A DNA stretch of 64,000 nucleotides from Eledone cirrhosa (Eukaryota): positions 52,266,001 through 52,330,000 of the forward strand of contig OZ024742.1 in assembly GCA_964016885.1 (NCBI GenBank). The letters are read 5' to 3'. Both the position numbers and the translations under genes were made by a program. Under the pieces are notes generated by a model. That model was not told where the DNA came from, did no database searches, and worked only from the letters and a program-made list of their open reading frames with translations. This document shows, in pieces, positions 1 through 12,500 of the stretch. The first letter of the stretch is position 1; each line of letters starts with the position of its first letter.

Positions 1-3000
1 CCAGAATCTCCGGAGCACAGGCTTTCGCACCGATCTTCGGCGGCTACGATGTGGGCGCATCTCCCAGCCGTCCGGGATCGGGGGGAGGAGTTGCTGTGCT
101 TTTTCGGAGAGTTTTGGATCTTGCCATACGGGCCATCTTCCTGGACCCAGAAGGTAAGATGGGGGTGCTGGACGTGACCAGCGGAGACGGCCAAGCTTTC
201 AGGTTAGTGGCCGTCTATGCCCCGACAGGAGCAGGGCGGCCTGATTTCTTCCGGCGTCTGGAGACCTTTCTTGGAACGTCCCGCTCTTTAGTGTTAGTGG
301 GCGACTGGAACGGGATCTTAGATGCACGCTGGGATTGTGTGGGATTAGTGGATAGGGAACGAGGGTGCAAGAGTCTCACCAACCTGCTCAGACGTTTTGA
401 ACTGTCTGACAGGTACCGAATGGATTTCCCGAATGTACCAATGTGGACTTGGACAAATCGCATAGGGTCATCCAGATCATATCTAGATAGAGTATTTTGT
501 AGGGAAATAGATAGGTCTAGCATAGGCTGTCCACAATTCAAGATAGTCAGCTACACGGACCACAAATTCGTGTTCTGTGTGCTTGACTTAGATAGGCTTC
601 ATAGACGAGGACCCGGCTACTGGAAGCTAAACGCGTCCTTACCAGCACACAAGGCCTACAGAGACCGGATTAGCGAACTAGTTAAGCGGGCGTTGACGGG
701 GGCCATCGTCAACAACAAGTGGTAGTTTGCTCTGAAAAGAGCAATTAGAATAGAGTCCATTAGGTTTAGTAAGACTTTAGCAATAGAGAAAAATAGAGCA
801 GAGGGAGAATTAGTTAGAAAATTAGATGAGGCGCTTAGCAAAGGCATCGCGACCGACGTACTTGCGGCGAAATTGGCCCTTGACCAATTCTTCAATGCAA
901 AGCACGAAGGCTGCGTTGTCAGAGCTAGGGTGCGTGCTCTCAGACACGAGGGGACGAAAGCCGTTCAATGGGCCCGAGTGGCGGAGGCGCGTCGTGGCAA
1001 CAAAGCCACGATCCGGTCTTTGGTGGACCACGACGGGCGCATGCTACTCGATCCCGAGCAAATGTGTGAAGCTTTTCAGCGACATTTCACTCAACTGTTC
1101 GGGGGCAGTGGCGGGCCGGATGGAGAGATGGACTTTAGTGTCTACCTCGACGGACTGCCGCGGCTTTCGGCCACTGAGGCGGAGTGTTGCGAAAAGCCGA
1201 TAACAACCGCTGAAGTACGGGATGCAATGACTAGTTGCACAAGGGGTAAATCGCCTGGTTTGGATGGTCTGCCCTATGAACTTTACGTACAAATGCCAAA
1301 ATTGTTCGGAGGCCTCTTGGCGGACGTCTACTGCAACTGGCAACAGAACGGGAGAATTCCCAGTTCTGTGAGCCGAGGACCGGTGGCACTGCTGAGAAAG
1401 GATCCGAACAAGGGGGATAACATAGACAATTTCCGGCCCATAACTCTGCTAAACACAGAGTTCAAGATTTTGGCCAAGGTGCTAGTAAAGAGGTTGGCGC
1501 TTGTCGTTGGTGGTCTGGTGGGAGAGGCACAGACATGCGCCATTCCCGACAGATCCATTCACGACAACCTCCACCTCATGCGATACATCGTAGAGAGGGT
1601 AGCTAGGAACCTGGCACGGGTGGGTCTTTGATCAATTTAGATCAGTCAAAAGCCTTCGATAGGGTCGACCATCGTTACCTAGCGGCAGTCCTGAGGGCGG
1701 CTGGCTTTGGGCCCGTCTTCAGAGACTGGATCGCTGCCATGCACAGCGACATCTGCTCTGTAGTGAGAGTGAACGGTCACCTTTCGGAACCGTTCAACAT
1801 CATGCGCTCGGTCCGCCAAGGATGTCTTCCCGTCCCTCTTCAGGGGGGTCCCGCGCGAACTAGGATGCGGTAGATCCGTGTCAGCTATGCGGACGATGTC
1901 ACCGTAGTGGTGTCTAACGCCAAACACATCGAGGCGATCGGCACTACACTAAGAGAATACCAAACGGTGACAGGAGCAATTTATCAACCAGGAAAAGTCA
2001 GTGGGCCTGCAGCTCGGCACCTGGAGAGCAGGTCCATGCCGTCCAAACAGCGTCGTCGGGCGCTTGACGGACGGACCGGTTAAATTGCTAGGGGTCTGGT
2101 TCGGTGCGGACCTCCAGACGGACAAAAACAGGGACGAGGTGACGAGCAGGGTGGCTTCTCTCACCCAGAAATGGGCCGAGAGGTAGCTATCCCTGAAAGG
2201 TCGAGCGGAGGTGGCTAACGCGTACATCGCGCCCGTCATCTACTACCGCCTGACCGTCGTACCTTGTCCTAAGCTCCGCCTGACTGCGCTGGAGCGTTTG
2301 CTCTTTCGCTTCTTGTGGAAGGGACGCGCTCCGATGGTCAGGCGGTCCATCTGCTGTCAACACCCGCTACGTGGAGGGCTGGGCATGCCGTGGCTGATGA
2401 TGCGCAGACACGCGCTCAGGCTACGACATCTCCACCTCTTCCTCGACGGTGATCAGGTGTGGTCGCCGTTTGCTAGACACGTTTTTCCCCAGCTCATCTC
2501 CTTGACGGAGCTGCAGTCGTGGGTCAAGCGAAGACCGAGAGGGACCGCTTGGAGACTGGAATGTCTTCAGGCGCTCACAGCCCTCGACCAATCGGGCAAT
2601 GTGATCGGTGGAAACTGCACCTTGGCGTTCTATAGGGGATTAGTGGAAGGGAAGAGCGGCGACGTACTTGGAGAAACTCTAGGCGTCGACGAAAATCAAC
2701 TAGCCAATCTCTTCGGAAGGACTTTCGGGCCGGGGCCTATGGACAACTTCCAGAAATCCTTGGCCTGGCAGTGCTAGCGAGGACTTTGCCAGTTCGGGAT
2801 AAACACGACAGGCATCGTCAGCCGGGCATGTCCGAGATGCACGCAGCGCGACGAAACCGTCCTGCACGCACTCGTCCAGTGTCCGAGCATTGCTGACTTG
2901 TGGGTTTATGTCGAACACCTGCTGTAACGTGTAGGACGGATCCAGCTATCAGCTGAGTCCATCGTGAGGATTGCCCCGCCCTCTTCCTTTAGCCGGGAAG

Positions 3001-3506
3001 GGCAGGCAGTTTTTATCTGTCTGGTGGCCATGGCGAAAGAGATAGTATGGTGGACACGTTTGAAAGGGCTGAAGACGAGCACTTACCTCTTCGGTGATGC
3101 CCTGATTAACTTTTTCAAATTTCATTTGAAAAGGAAAATCAGGGTAGAGAGGGAAGTGCTCTCTTCCCAGCATTTTGTTGAAAGATGGGTGAGAGAAGCA
3201 AGTATGGCTCGAATGAATGGGCCTTCTCTGAGTATGTGTCTGTAAATTAAAGGTGGAAAACTGGGAGAGGGCACTTGCCCTGGTGGTCAGGGCCACTGTG
3301 GTCTTTTAATGGGCTTTCTCCACAAATGTCCCTTGGAAGTCTCCCCCCTATTGGGGAATTTTTCTTTGTTATTTTATTTCAACCTCTGTTTTTTTACACG
3401 CAGAAATGCCCATTTGTACCGTCCTGTATTGTCCTGTACTGTCCTTAATGTCTACTTTATGTGAACCCTTGTGGTTAATAAAGAAAACATTATTATTATT
3501 ATTATT
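1..3506 (+). mobile_element. Tx1/L1-clade non-LTR retrotransposon copy 1 (5' part outside window; ORF2 broken by stops and frameshifts)
   Basis: ORF fragments give APE endonuclease (VYAP, GDWN, YLDR, TDH), RT (SPGLDG, FRPITLLN, DQSKAFDRVDH) and C-terminus; AATAAA at 3477, (ATT)n tail 3489-3506. The C-terminus (ASMARMNGPSLSMCL) matches copy 8, so it is probably type B. Confidence 0.93.
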
Positions 3507-3722
3507 GAATGCCATGGTTGACGGAGGCTCGGCTCTGTAAGGTATAGTAATTTTTAACCGTTAAATCAATTGTAAATTGTTTAAAACTTGAACCAAATTG
3601 TTGATAAAGACACCCTCCTCCTCGTGAGAGGGGTCTTTCTGTCCGTTATTTGGCCCTTCGGGGTTAAATAACCAGTTATTGGGGTTTTGTACCCAAAATT
3701 TCATTTTAAACAGAAAAACAAC

Positions 3723-5830
3723 ATGGCTACGAAAAAGAAATTTCATACGTCACTCCCACTCATTCCGTCTTCTTCTTCCTCAATCATCACTACAGCAGAG
3801 AGAAGATTGTCTCTCTCCCTCCCTTCTTTAAATGTGTCTCTCTCCCTCCCTTCTCTTTCGCAAGTGACGAAAGAAAAAAAAAGTCTCGTGCAAAGCGTGC
3901 AAGGTTTCTCCACGACGACGACGACAGCGACGAAACAGGTGTGCGGGAAATACGAAAACCCAGTTCATTCGTCTGACGTCAGGAATAATAGCAGTAGCAG
4001 CCGTAATAACAACAGCAACAGTGACAATGAAAACAACAGTAGCAGCCGCAACAGCATCACCAGCAGCATAAACAACAACAGCATTAGCAGCAGCAACACC
4101 AACAACAACCACAGCAACAGCGGCGGAGGCAGTAGTCGTAGTACCTGCAGCTACAACAAAAGTACCAGCAGCTCTGACGACAACAACAAAAGCAGAGAAA
4201 AACCAATCTCATTTGCAGGTATTGCGAAAAACTTGGAAACAATCCTCATAACAAATGAGGAATTAGAGGAAGCGAAGAAGATGGTGACAAAGAACGGACA
4301 CCGAGCAATCTGCAAGGCAGCGGAAAAATTTTTCGAAACCCAAGAGCACTGTACGGTCACGTACCGTACAGTAAGTACAAAATCCCGTAGGGTGGAAAGA
4401 GCCACAGAGGCCCAAATACAAAAAGCCTTGGGGTCTGTGTGGCAGCGGAAAACGCACATCACCCGAGGCAAAAAATATGCCACCGTAGACGTACTTTTTG
4501 CCACACCCCAGGAGGCAAAGGCCCAATCAGTAGTGACCCTAAGGAGCGAGGAAATGGTGTTGGTGCCCTCCTACTGCGGGCAAAAAATTGTGAGGGTCAA
4601 TCTGACCCACGTCCCCCCCCCCCCCCCCCCGGAATGACCCCTTCTTGGCTGGCCACGTCTGTCCACGTCGGAATCGAGGACAAAACAACTGTACTGCAAG
4701 TACAGAAAAAAATAAGAGAAGATTGGGTCGGCTCCTCCATTGAGATGCTAATCCAAACCAACCAGGAGTGCATCGAAGCTATCCCGGATGTGATAGACTT
4801 CGATAACGGCATACAACTGCCCATAAGTGTTGAGGGAAAACGCCCGAAATGCTTTCGCTGTGGATCGAAGACTCACCTCAGGGCCTTCTGCAACGAGAAG
4901 ACCCTGAGAAAGGAGAAAACCCCCCTCCTTCCGAATCCGGCTCCACGGCTACCAGCAACAGGACAAGCGGCAACCAGAAACGATAGGTCCGTGGCACCCA
5001 TACCCACTCCACGGAAATCAAAAACAGCAGCAGCAGTGGAAATATTAACAACAACAACAGCAATACCAAATGCAGCTGCAACAGAGACTCCAGTGCAAAC
5101 ATCACCAACAACAACAAGTGAAAGAGTGGAGCTGGTACCCCTCCCCGACCTCACAGAATCAGACATGGAGTGTGAGGTGGGAGAGGGATGGCAAAAGGTC
5201 GCAAGAAGGCACAAACGCAGAAGCAGCGCATCGTCGCCTTTGAAAAGGGAGGAAAGAAATGAGAAAAGGGTAAAGTCTACTGCAAAGAGACCCACAGCAG
5301 CAAAACCACCAACACCATCACCACCCACACCAGCACCACCATCACCACCGGCGACAACCCCACCGCCAACAACACCTTCAACACCACCACCACAAGCACC
5401 AACATCGCAAACACAACAACAAAACACACACACCCAGCAACAACGACAAGAAAATAGCAGAACCACACCCCACCCCCAGAAAAACAAATGCACGGCAATA
5501 AACACACACAACAAGAAACTAATGACTTACATAATTGAACACACAGACATTTCACAACAGGACTACATAATACCAGCACCAATCAAAACGCCAACTAACA
5601 TAAGACTGCTAAAAATAGCACAGAAACAATACACAAACATTAAAACGAAATTCCCCAACGCAGTTGGTGATTTCAGGGACCTAGGAGGAACCATCAATCG
5701 AAGAGTATATTCAGACATTCTCTTAGAAGAGCCGACGACCAGCCGAAGGGACGATTCAACGGTCCCTTCACCAGACGATCAAGTGAAAAGGGATGTAAAA
5801 ACCATCCCTCCTCTACGAAAAGTACGGTAA
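3723..5830 (+). pseudogene. ORF1 type A (gag-like nucleic-acid-binding protein), frameshifted at an expanded C-run near 4613-4630
   Basis: MATKKKFHTSLP start, S/N-rich N-terminus, globular mid-domain, CX2CX4HX4C knuckle CFRCGSKTHLRAFC, Pro/Thr-rich linker, ends PPLRKVR*. Copy 5 reads through the C-run in frame. Confidence 0.88.
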
Positions 5831-5865
5831 GTGGTCTTTCCCATCTTTTCCACTCTATTTTAAAC

Positions 5866-8800
5866 ATGACCTCACTCAGAATAGGCAGCATAAATGCGCG
5901 TGGCTTGGGGTCGTCATGGAAGCAGGGTCACCTGCTCAACGCCCTCAGGTCACTAAACATAGATGTAGTGGCCATCAGCGAGACCAGAATCTCCGAAGCA
6001 CGGGCATTCGCACCGATCTTCGGCGGCTACGATGTGTACGCATCTCCCAGCCGTCCTGGATCGGGTGGAGGAGTTGCTGTGCTTTTTCGGAGAGGTTTGG
6101 ATCTCGCCATACGGGCCATCTTCCTGGACCCAGAGGGTAAGCTGGTGGTGCTGGACGTGACCAGCGGAGACGGGCAAGCTTTCAGGCTAGTGGCCGTCTA
6201 TGCCCCGACAGGAGCAGGGCGGCCTGATTTCTTCCGGCGTCTGGAGACCTTTCTTGGAACGTCCCGCTCTTTAGTGTTAGTGGGCGACTGGAACGGGATC
6301 TTAGATGCACGCTGGGACTGTGTGGGATTATCGGATAGGGGTGGAGGGTGCAATAGCCTCACCAACCTGCTCAGGCGTTTTGAACTGTCTGACAGGTACC
6401 GATTGGATTTCCCGAATGTGCCAATGTGGACTTGGACAAACCGCATAGGGTCATCCAGATCATATCTAGATAGAGTATTTTGTAGGGAAATAGATAGGTC
6501 TAGCATAGGCTGTCTACAATTCAAGATAGTCAGCTACACGGACCACAAATTCGTGACCTGTGTGCTTGACTTAGATAGGCTTCATAGACGAGGACCCGGC
6601 TACTGGAAGCTAAACGCGTCCTTACCAGCGCGCAAGGCCTACAGAGACCGGATTAGCGAACTAGTTAAGCGGGCGTTGACGGGGGCCATCGTCAACAACA
6701 AGTGGTGGTTTGCTCTGAAAAGAGCGATTAGAATAGAATCGATTAGGTTTAGTAAGGCTTTAGCAATAGAGAAAAATTGAGCAGAGGGAGAACTAGTTAG
6801 AAAATTAGACGAGGCGCTTAGCATAGGCATTGCAACCGACGTGCTTGCGGCGAAATTGGCCCTTGACCAATTCTTCAATGCAAAGCACGAAGGCTGCGTT
6901 GTCAGAGCTAGGGTGCGTGATCTCAGACACGAGGGGACGAAAGCCGTTCAATGGGCCCGAGTGGCGGAGGCGCGTCGTGGCAACAAAGCCACGATCCGGT
7001 CTTTGGTGGACCACGACGGGCGCATGCTACTCGATCCCGGGAAAATGTGTGAAGCTTTTCAGCGACACTTCGCTCAGCTGTTCGGGTGCAGCGGGGGGCC
7101 GGGTAGAGGGATGGACTTTAGTGTCTACCTCGACGGACTGCCGCGGCTCTCGGCCACTGAGGCGAAGTGTTGCGAAAAGCCGATAACAGCCGCTGAAGTA
7201 AGGGAGGCAATGACTGGCTGCACAAGGGGTAAATCGCCTGGTTTGGATGGTCTGCCCTATGAACTTTACGTACAGATGCCAGACTTGTTCGGAGGCCTCT
7301 TGGCGGACGTCTACTGCAACTGGCAACAGAACGGGAGAATTCCCAGTTCTGTGAGCCGAGGAGCGGTGGCACTGCTGAGAAAGGATCCGAACAAGGGGGA
7401 TAACATAGACAATTTCCGGCCCATAACTCTGCTAAACACAGAGTTCAAGATTTTGGCCAAGGTGCTAGCAAAGAGGTTGGCGCTTGTCGTTGGTGGTCTG
7501 GTGGGAGAGGCGCAGACATGCGCCATTCCCGACAGATCCATCCACGACAACCTCCACCTCATGCGATACATCATAGAGAGGGTAGCTAAGGAACCTGGCA
7601 CGGGTGGGTCCTTGATCAATTTAGATCAGTCGAAAGCTTTCGATAGGGTCGACCATCGTTACCTAGCGGCAGTCCTGAGAGCGGCTGGCTTTGGGCTCGT
7701 CTTCAGAGGCTGGATCGCTGCCATGCACAGCGACATCTGCTCTGTGGTGAGAGTGAACGGTCACCTGTCGGAACCGTTCAACATCATGCGCTCGGTCCGC
7801 CAAGGATGTCCCCTCTCGTCCCTCTTGTACGTATTGACTCTCGAGCCATTACTGCACAAACTGGAGACGTTGAGGGGAGTCCCGCGCGAACTAGGATGCG
7901 GAAGATCCGTGTCAGCATATGCGGACGATGTCACCGTAGTGGTGTCGAACGCCAAACACATCGAGGCGATCGGCACTACACTAAGAGAATACGAAGCGGT
8001 GACAGGAGCAATGATCAACCAGGAAAAGTCGGTGGGCCTGCAGCTCGGCACCTGGAGAGGCAGGTCCATGCCGTCCAACAGCGTCGTCGGGCGCTGGACG
8101 GACGGACCGGTTAAATTGCTAGGGGTCTGGTTCGGTCCGGACCTCCCGACGGACAAAAACTGGGACGAGGTGACGAGCAGGGTGGCTTCTCTCACCCAGA
8201 AATGGGCGGAGAGGAAGCTATCCCTGAAAGGTCGAGCGGAGGTGGCTAACGCGTACATCGCGTCTGTCATCTGCTACCGCCTAACCGTCGTACCTTGTCC
8301 TAAGCCTCGCCTGACTGCGCTGGAGCGTTTGCTCTTTCGCTTTTTGTGGAAGGGACGTGCTCCGATGGTCAGGCGGTCCATCTGTTGTCAACACCCGCTA
8401 CGTGGAGGGCTGGGCATGCCGTGGCTGATGATGCGCAGGCACGCGCTCAGGCTACGACATCTCCACCTCTTCCTCGACGGTGATCAGGTGTGGTCGTCGT
8501 TTGCTAGACGCGTTTTTCCCCAGCTCGTTTCCTTGACGGAGCTGCAGTCCTGGGTCAAGCGAAGACCGAGAGGGAGCGCCTGGAGACTGGAATGTCTTCA
8601 GGCGCTCACAGCCCTCGACCAATCGGGCAATGTGATCGGTGGAAACTCCACCTCGGCGTTCTATAGAGGATTAGTGGAGGGGAAGAGCGACGACGTACTT
8701 GGGGAAACTCTAGGCGTCGACGAAAATCAACTAGCCAATCTCTTCGGAAGAACTTTCGGGCCAGGGCCTATGGACAACTTCCAGAAATCTCTGGCCTGGC

Positions 8801-9285
8801 AGTACTACCGAGGAGCCTTGCCAGTTCGGGATAAACTCTACAGGCATGGAGGTGCCGTCAGCCGGGCATGTCCGAGATGCGCGCAGGGCGACGAAATTGT
8901 CCTGCAAGCACTCGTCCAGTGTCCGAAAATTGCTGACTTGTGGGTTTATGTCGAACACCTGCTGTCGCGTTTAGGACGGATCCGGCTATCATCTGAGTCC
9001 ATCGTGAGGATTGCCCCGCCCTCCTCCTTTAGCCGGGAAGGGCAGGCAGTTTTTATCTGCCTGGTGGCCATGGTGAAAGAGATAGTGTGGTGGACACGTT
9101 GGAAAGGGCTGAAGACGAGCACTTACCTCTTCGGTGATATCCTGATTAACTTTTTCAAATTTCATTTGAAAAGGAAAATCAGGGTAGAGAGGGAAGTGCT
9201 CTCTTCCCAGCATTTTGTTGAAAGATGGGTGAGAGAAGCAAGAATGGCCCGAGTGAATGGGCCTACTCTGAGTATATATCTGTAA
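5866..9285 (+). pseudogene. ORF2 (APE endonuclease - reverse transcriptase - zinc finger), ~1139 codons with one in-frame stop at 6778-6780
   Basis: ORFs 5866-6780 and 6841-9285 are in the same frame; the stop TGA is AGA in other copies. Motifs SINARGL, SET, GDWN, QGCPLS, YADD, LLGV and a degenerate CPRC..CP finger. Confidence 0.93.
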
Positions 9286-9533
9286 ATTAAAGGTGGAAAA
9301 CTGGGAGAGGGCACTTGCCTTGGTGGTCAGGGTCATTGTGGCTTTTTACTGGGCTTTCTCCACAAATGTTCCTCCGAAGTTTGCCCCCTATTGGGGAATT
9401 TTTCATTGTTATTTTTTGTTACATCCTCTGTTTTTGTTTTTTACACGCAGAAATGCCCATTTGTACCGTCCTGCATTGTCCTGCACTGTCCTTAATGTCT
9501 ACTTTATGTAAACCCTTGTGGTTAATAAAGAAA

Positions 9534-9589
<56 letters not shown>

Positions 9590-12500
9590 GGCGACCTACG
9601 TAGTAAATCGTATCATCGTAAGCTCCGCAAAGGTATGTTATTTTTAGTTGTTTAAAATTGCCATTTATGGAAATTTTTTTATTGTTAACTCTATATAAGT
9701 GCACATACATTGATTTCTGAAAAGGACACTCAAAAAGATTGGGGCCATGAGCCCAAAATTTGAATTTTTATAATTATCAAACAAAATAAATGTTGTTTGA
9801 AAAATCATGGCCGACTCAAAGTCACACCTTCCTCACAAACTAACACCACACGACGACACCACCATTGTAAATATGACTACGTTTGCCAACACTAAAAATA
9901 TAAGCAGTAGCAATATTTTAAATTTGTCTCAGGCAGACATCTATTTCCCGCCATTACCAATGACTGCAGGTGTTAAAGCCGCCACCCCCACCTCAACCAC
10001 AGCGACAACAGAAACAAAAGAAAGAAAAAAATTAACTCGTGATATCGAAATGAATTCAACCAAAATGAACTCTTCCACACCGAACACCACTGACGCCACC
10101 ACCACCACAACTGAAACTAAAATTAGCAATAACAAAAATAACGATAACAGCAACAATGAAATTAAGAAAACCACCCTGAGTTTTGCTAGAGTAGCAAAAC
10201 AGTGCGAAGCATTTCAGGTAACTCAGGAGGAATTAGAAGAAGACAAAAAAATGGTAAAGAAAGATGGGTACAGGGTCAGCCTCACCCCCCACCTAATAAA
10301 ATGGAGCATCGGCGCCAATGCACCGTGTCTTATCGAAAAATTAACATAAAATCTCGCCGAGTGGAACGGGCATCCGAGTCCCAAATCCAAAAAGCTTTGG
10401 GACATGTGTGGGCAAAAGAAACCCATATAAGACGTGGGCAGAAATATGGAACCGTGGACATGTTCTTTGAAACACGACAGGAGGCTAGAGAACACTCCAT
10501 GGCCCCATTAAGAAGTGACGACTTCACACTCGTCCCAAGCTATTGTGGCCACAGACTCGTAAAGATCAGGGTAATCCATGTTCCACCGGCCATCGAAATT
10601 CCCTGGCTAATAGCTACCGCCCACGCCGGCATCAAAGCCAACACCAAGATAATCGAAATAGCGACAGAAAAGCAGGAGAACTGGTCCGGATCTGGGATGG
10701 AGCTCCTGATTCAAGCGGACCCAAAAAGCATTGAGGTGATCCCAGGGGTAATAGACCTCACTGACGGTAGCCACCTCACCGTAATCGTCGAGGGTAGAAG
10801 GCCTACGTGTGTCGTTTGTGGTGAAGGAACCCACCTAAGGACTTTCTGCCCTCAGGCTAAAAGGTTGAGGCCACCTCTCTTACCCACCCCAGTGACTCAA
10901 CCATCAACGCCACCAGCAGCAAAGATGGCAGCAACAGCTGTAGCAGCAACAACAGAAGCAACTATAACAGCAACAACCGCAGCAACAGTAGCAAAACCAA
11001 CACCACCACCATCCAACGCTTCAGAACTAGCACCAGCGCCTACACCATCCACCACGCCACAACCAAAACTAACGCCTGTGGAGGATGTTCCACTCCCCGG
11101 CCTATCATAACTGGAGACAGATTGTGACGACGAGGAGTGGGAAACGGTATCAGGAAAAAAGAAAAAAAGAAACCAAAAAAGAAAAAATTATCTCCCCCCC
11201 CCCCCCAAACAAAATACAGAGGGAAACAAATAAACTATCAAACAAAAAGGTTAGGACAGATATGCCACCATCCACATCAGCATCACCACAAACACCAACA
11301 CCATCACCATCATTAACCCCAACACCACCATCACCATCACCACAAAAGTCACCAAAAAGCGAAACAGAAACAAAGCCACAACAAACGCAAACAAAACAAA
11401 ACAACCAAAACGATACACACTACACAGCATTAAATTTGAACAATAACCAATTATTACACTACATCCAACACAACACCAGCATCACAGAAAAAGACTACAC
11501 AACAACCCAAAAGTTGACACCACCTCCACACATACAAATCACTCGCATCACACAGAAAACGTACACGGCACAAAAGCAAAAAAATCCCCAAAGACATCGG
11601 AGACTTCCGACAAGCACTCTCCAGGAGGATTTATAAGGACATCCTTCCTGAGGAGGCCACAAGCAGTGAAAAGGATGGAAAAACCGTCCTTCCCCTACGA
11701 GAAGTAAGGTAAGTGGTCTTTCCCATCTTTTCCACTCCTTTCAACATGACCTCACTCAGAATAGGCAGCATAAATGCGCGTGGCTTGGGGTCGTCATGGA
11801 AGCAGGGTCACCTGCTCAACGACCACAGGTCACTAAACATAGATGTAGTGGCCATCAGCGAGACCAGAATCTCCGAAGCACGTGCCTTCGCCTTCATAGA
11901 CGAGGACCCGTCCACTGGAAGCTAAACGCGTCCTTACCAGCGCGCAAGGCCTACAGAGACCGGATCAGCGAACTAGTTAAGCGGGCGTTGACGGAGGCCA
12001 CCGTCAACAACAAGTGGTGGTTTGCTCTGAAAATAGCGATTAGAATAGAGTCCATTAGATTTAGTAAGGCATTAACAATAGAGAAAAATAGAGCAGAGGG
12101 AGAATTAGTTGGAAAATTAGACGAGGCGCTTAGCAAAGTCATCACGACCGATTCTTCAATGCAAAGCACGAAGGCTGCGTTGTCAGAGCTAGGGTGCGTG
12201 CTCTGATACACGAGGGGACGAAAGCCATTCAATGGGCCCGAGTGGCGGAGGCTCGTCGTGGCAACAAAGCCACGATCTGGTCTTTGGTGGACCACGACGG
12301 TCGCATGCTACTCGATCCCGGGCAAATGTGTGAAGCTTTCCAGCGACACTTCGCCCAGCTGTTCGGGGGCAGCGGCAGGCCAAATTGAGGGATGGACTTT
12401 AGTGCCTACCTCGATGGACTGCCGCGGCTCTCGGCCACTGAGGCGAAGTGTTGCGAAGGTGGAAAACTGGGAGAGGGCACTTGCCTTGGTGGTCAGGGTC

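Larger units (their letters stand above)
3507..9589 (+). mobile_element. Tx1/L1-clade retrotransposon copy 2, full length, ORF1 type A, nearly intact
   Basis: 5' end GAATGCCATGGTTGACGG is shared with copy 5; ORF1 + ORF2 + 3'UTR; (ATT)n tail 9536-9589. Confidence 0.95.

Noticed and set aside
215-541. Recurrent antisense ORFs (e.g. MNCGQPMLDLS, 108 aa) in each Tx1 copy
   Set aside because: They recur only because the copies are near-identical; shadow frames of ORF2 with no independent support.
3507-3560. 5' leaders as spliced-leader RNA genes (short exon, GT, U-rich Sm-like site)
   Set aside because: Leader sequences differ between families and the Sm-like site is not consistent; kept only as a motif observation.
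3610-3640. CCTCCTCGTG resembling the L3 loop of HDV-like ribozymes in the type A 5'UTR
   Set aside because: No P1 partner or GG for P1.1 could be built; a simple GNRA hairpin explains it better.
11885-12460. Deletions in copy 3 as products of splicing
   Set aside because: Breakpoints lack GT donors and show short microhomologies instead.
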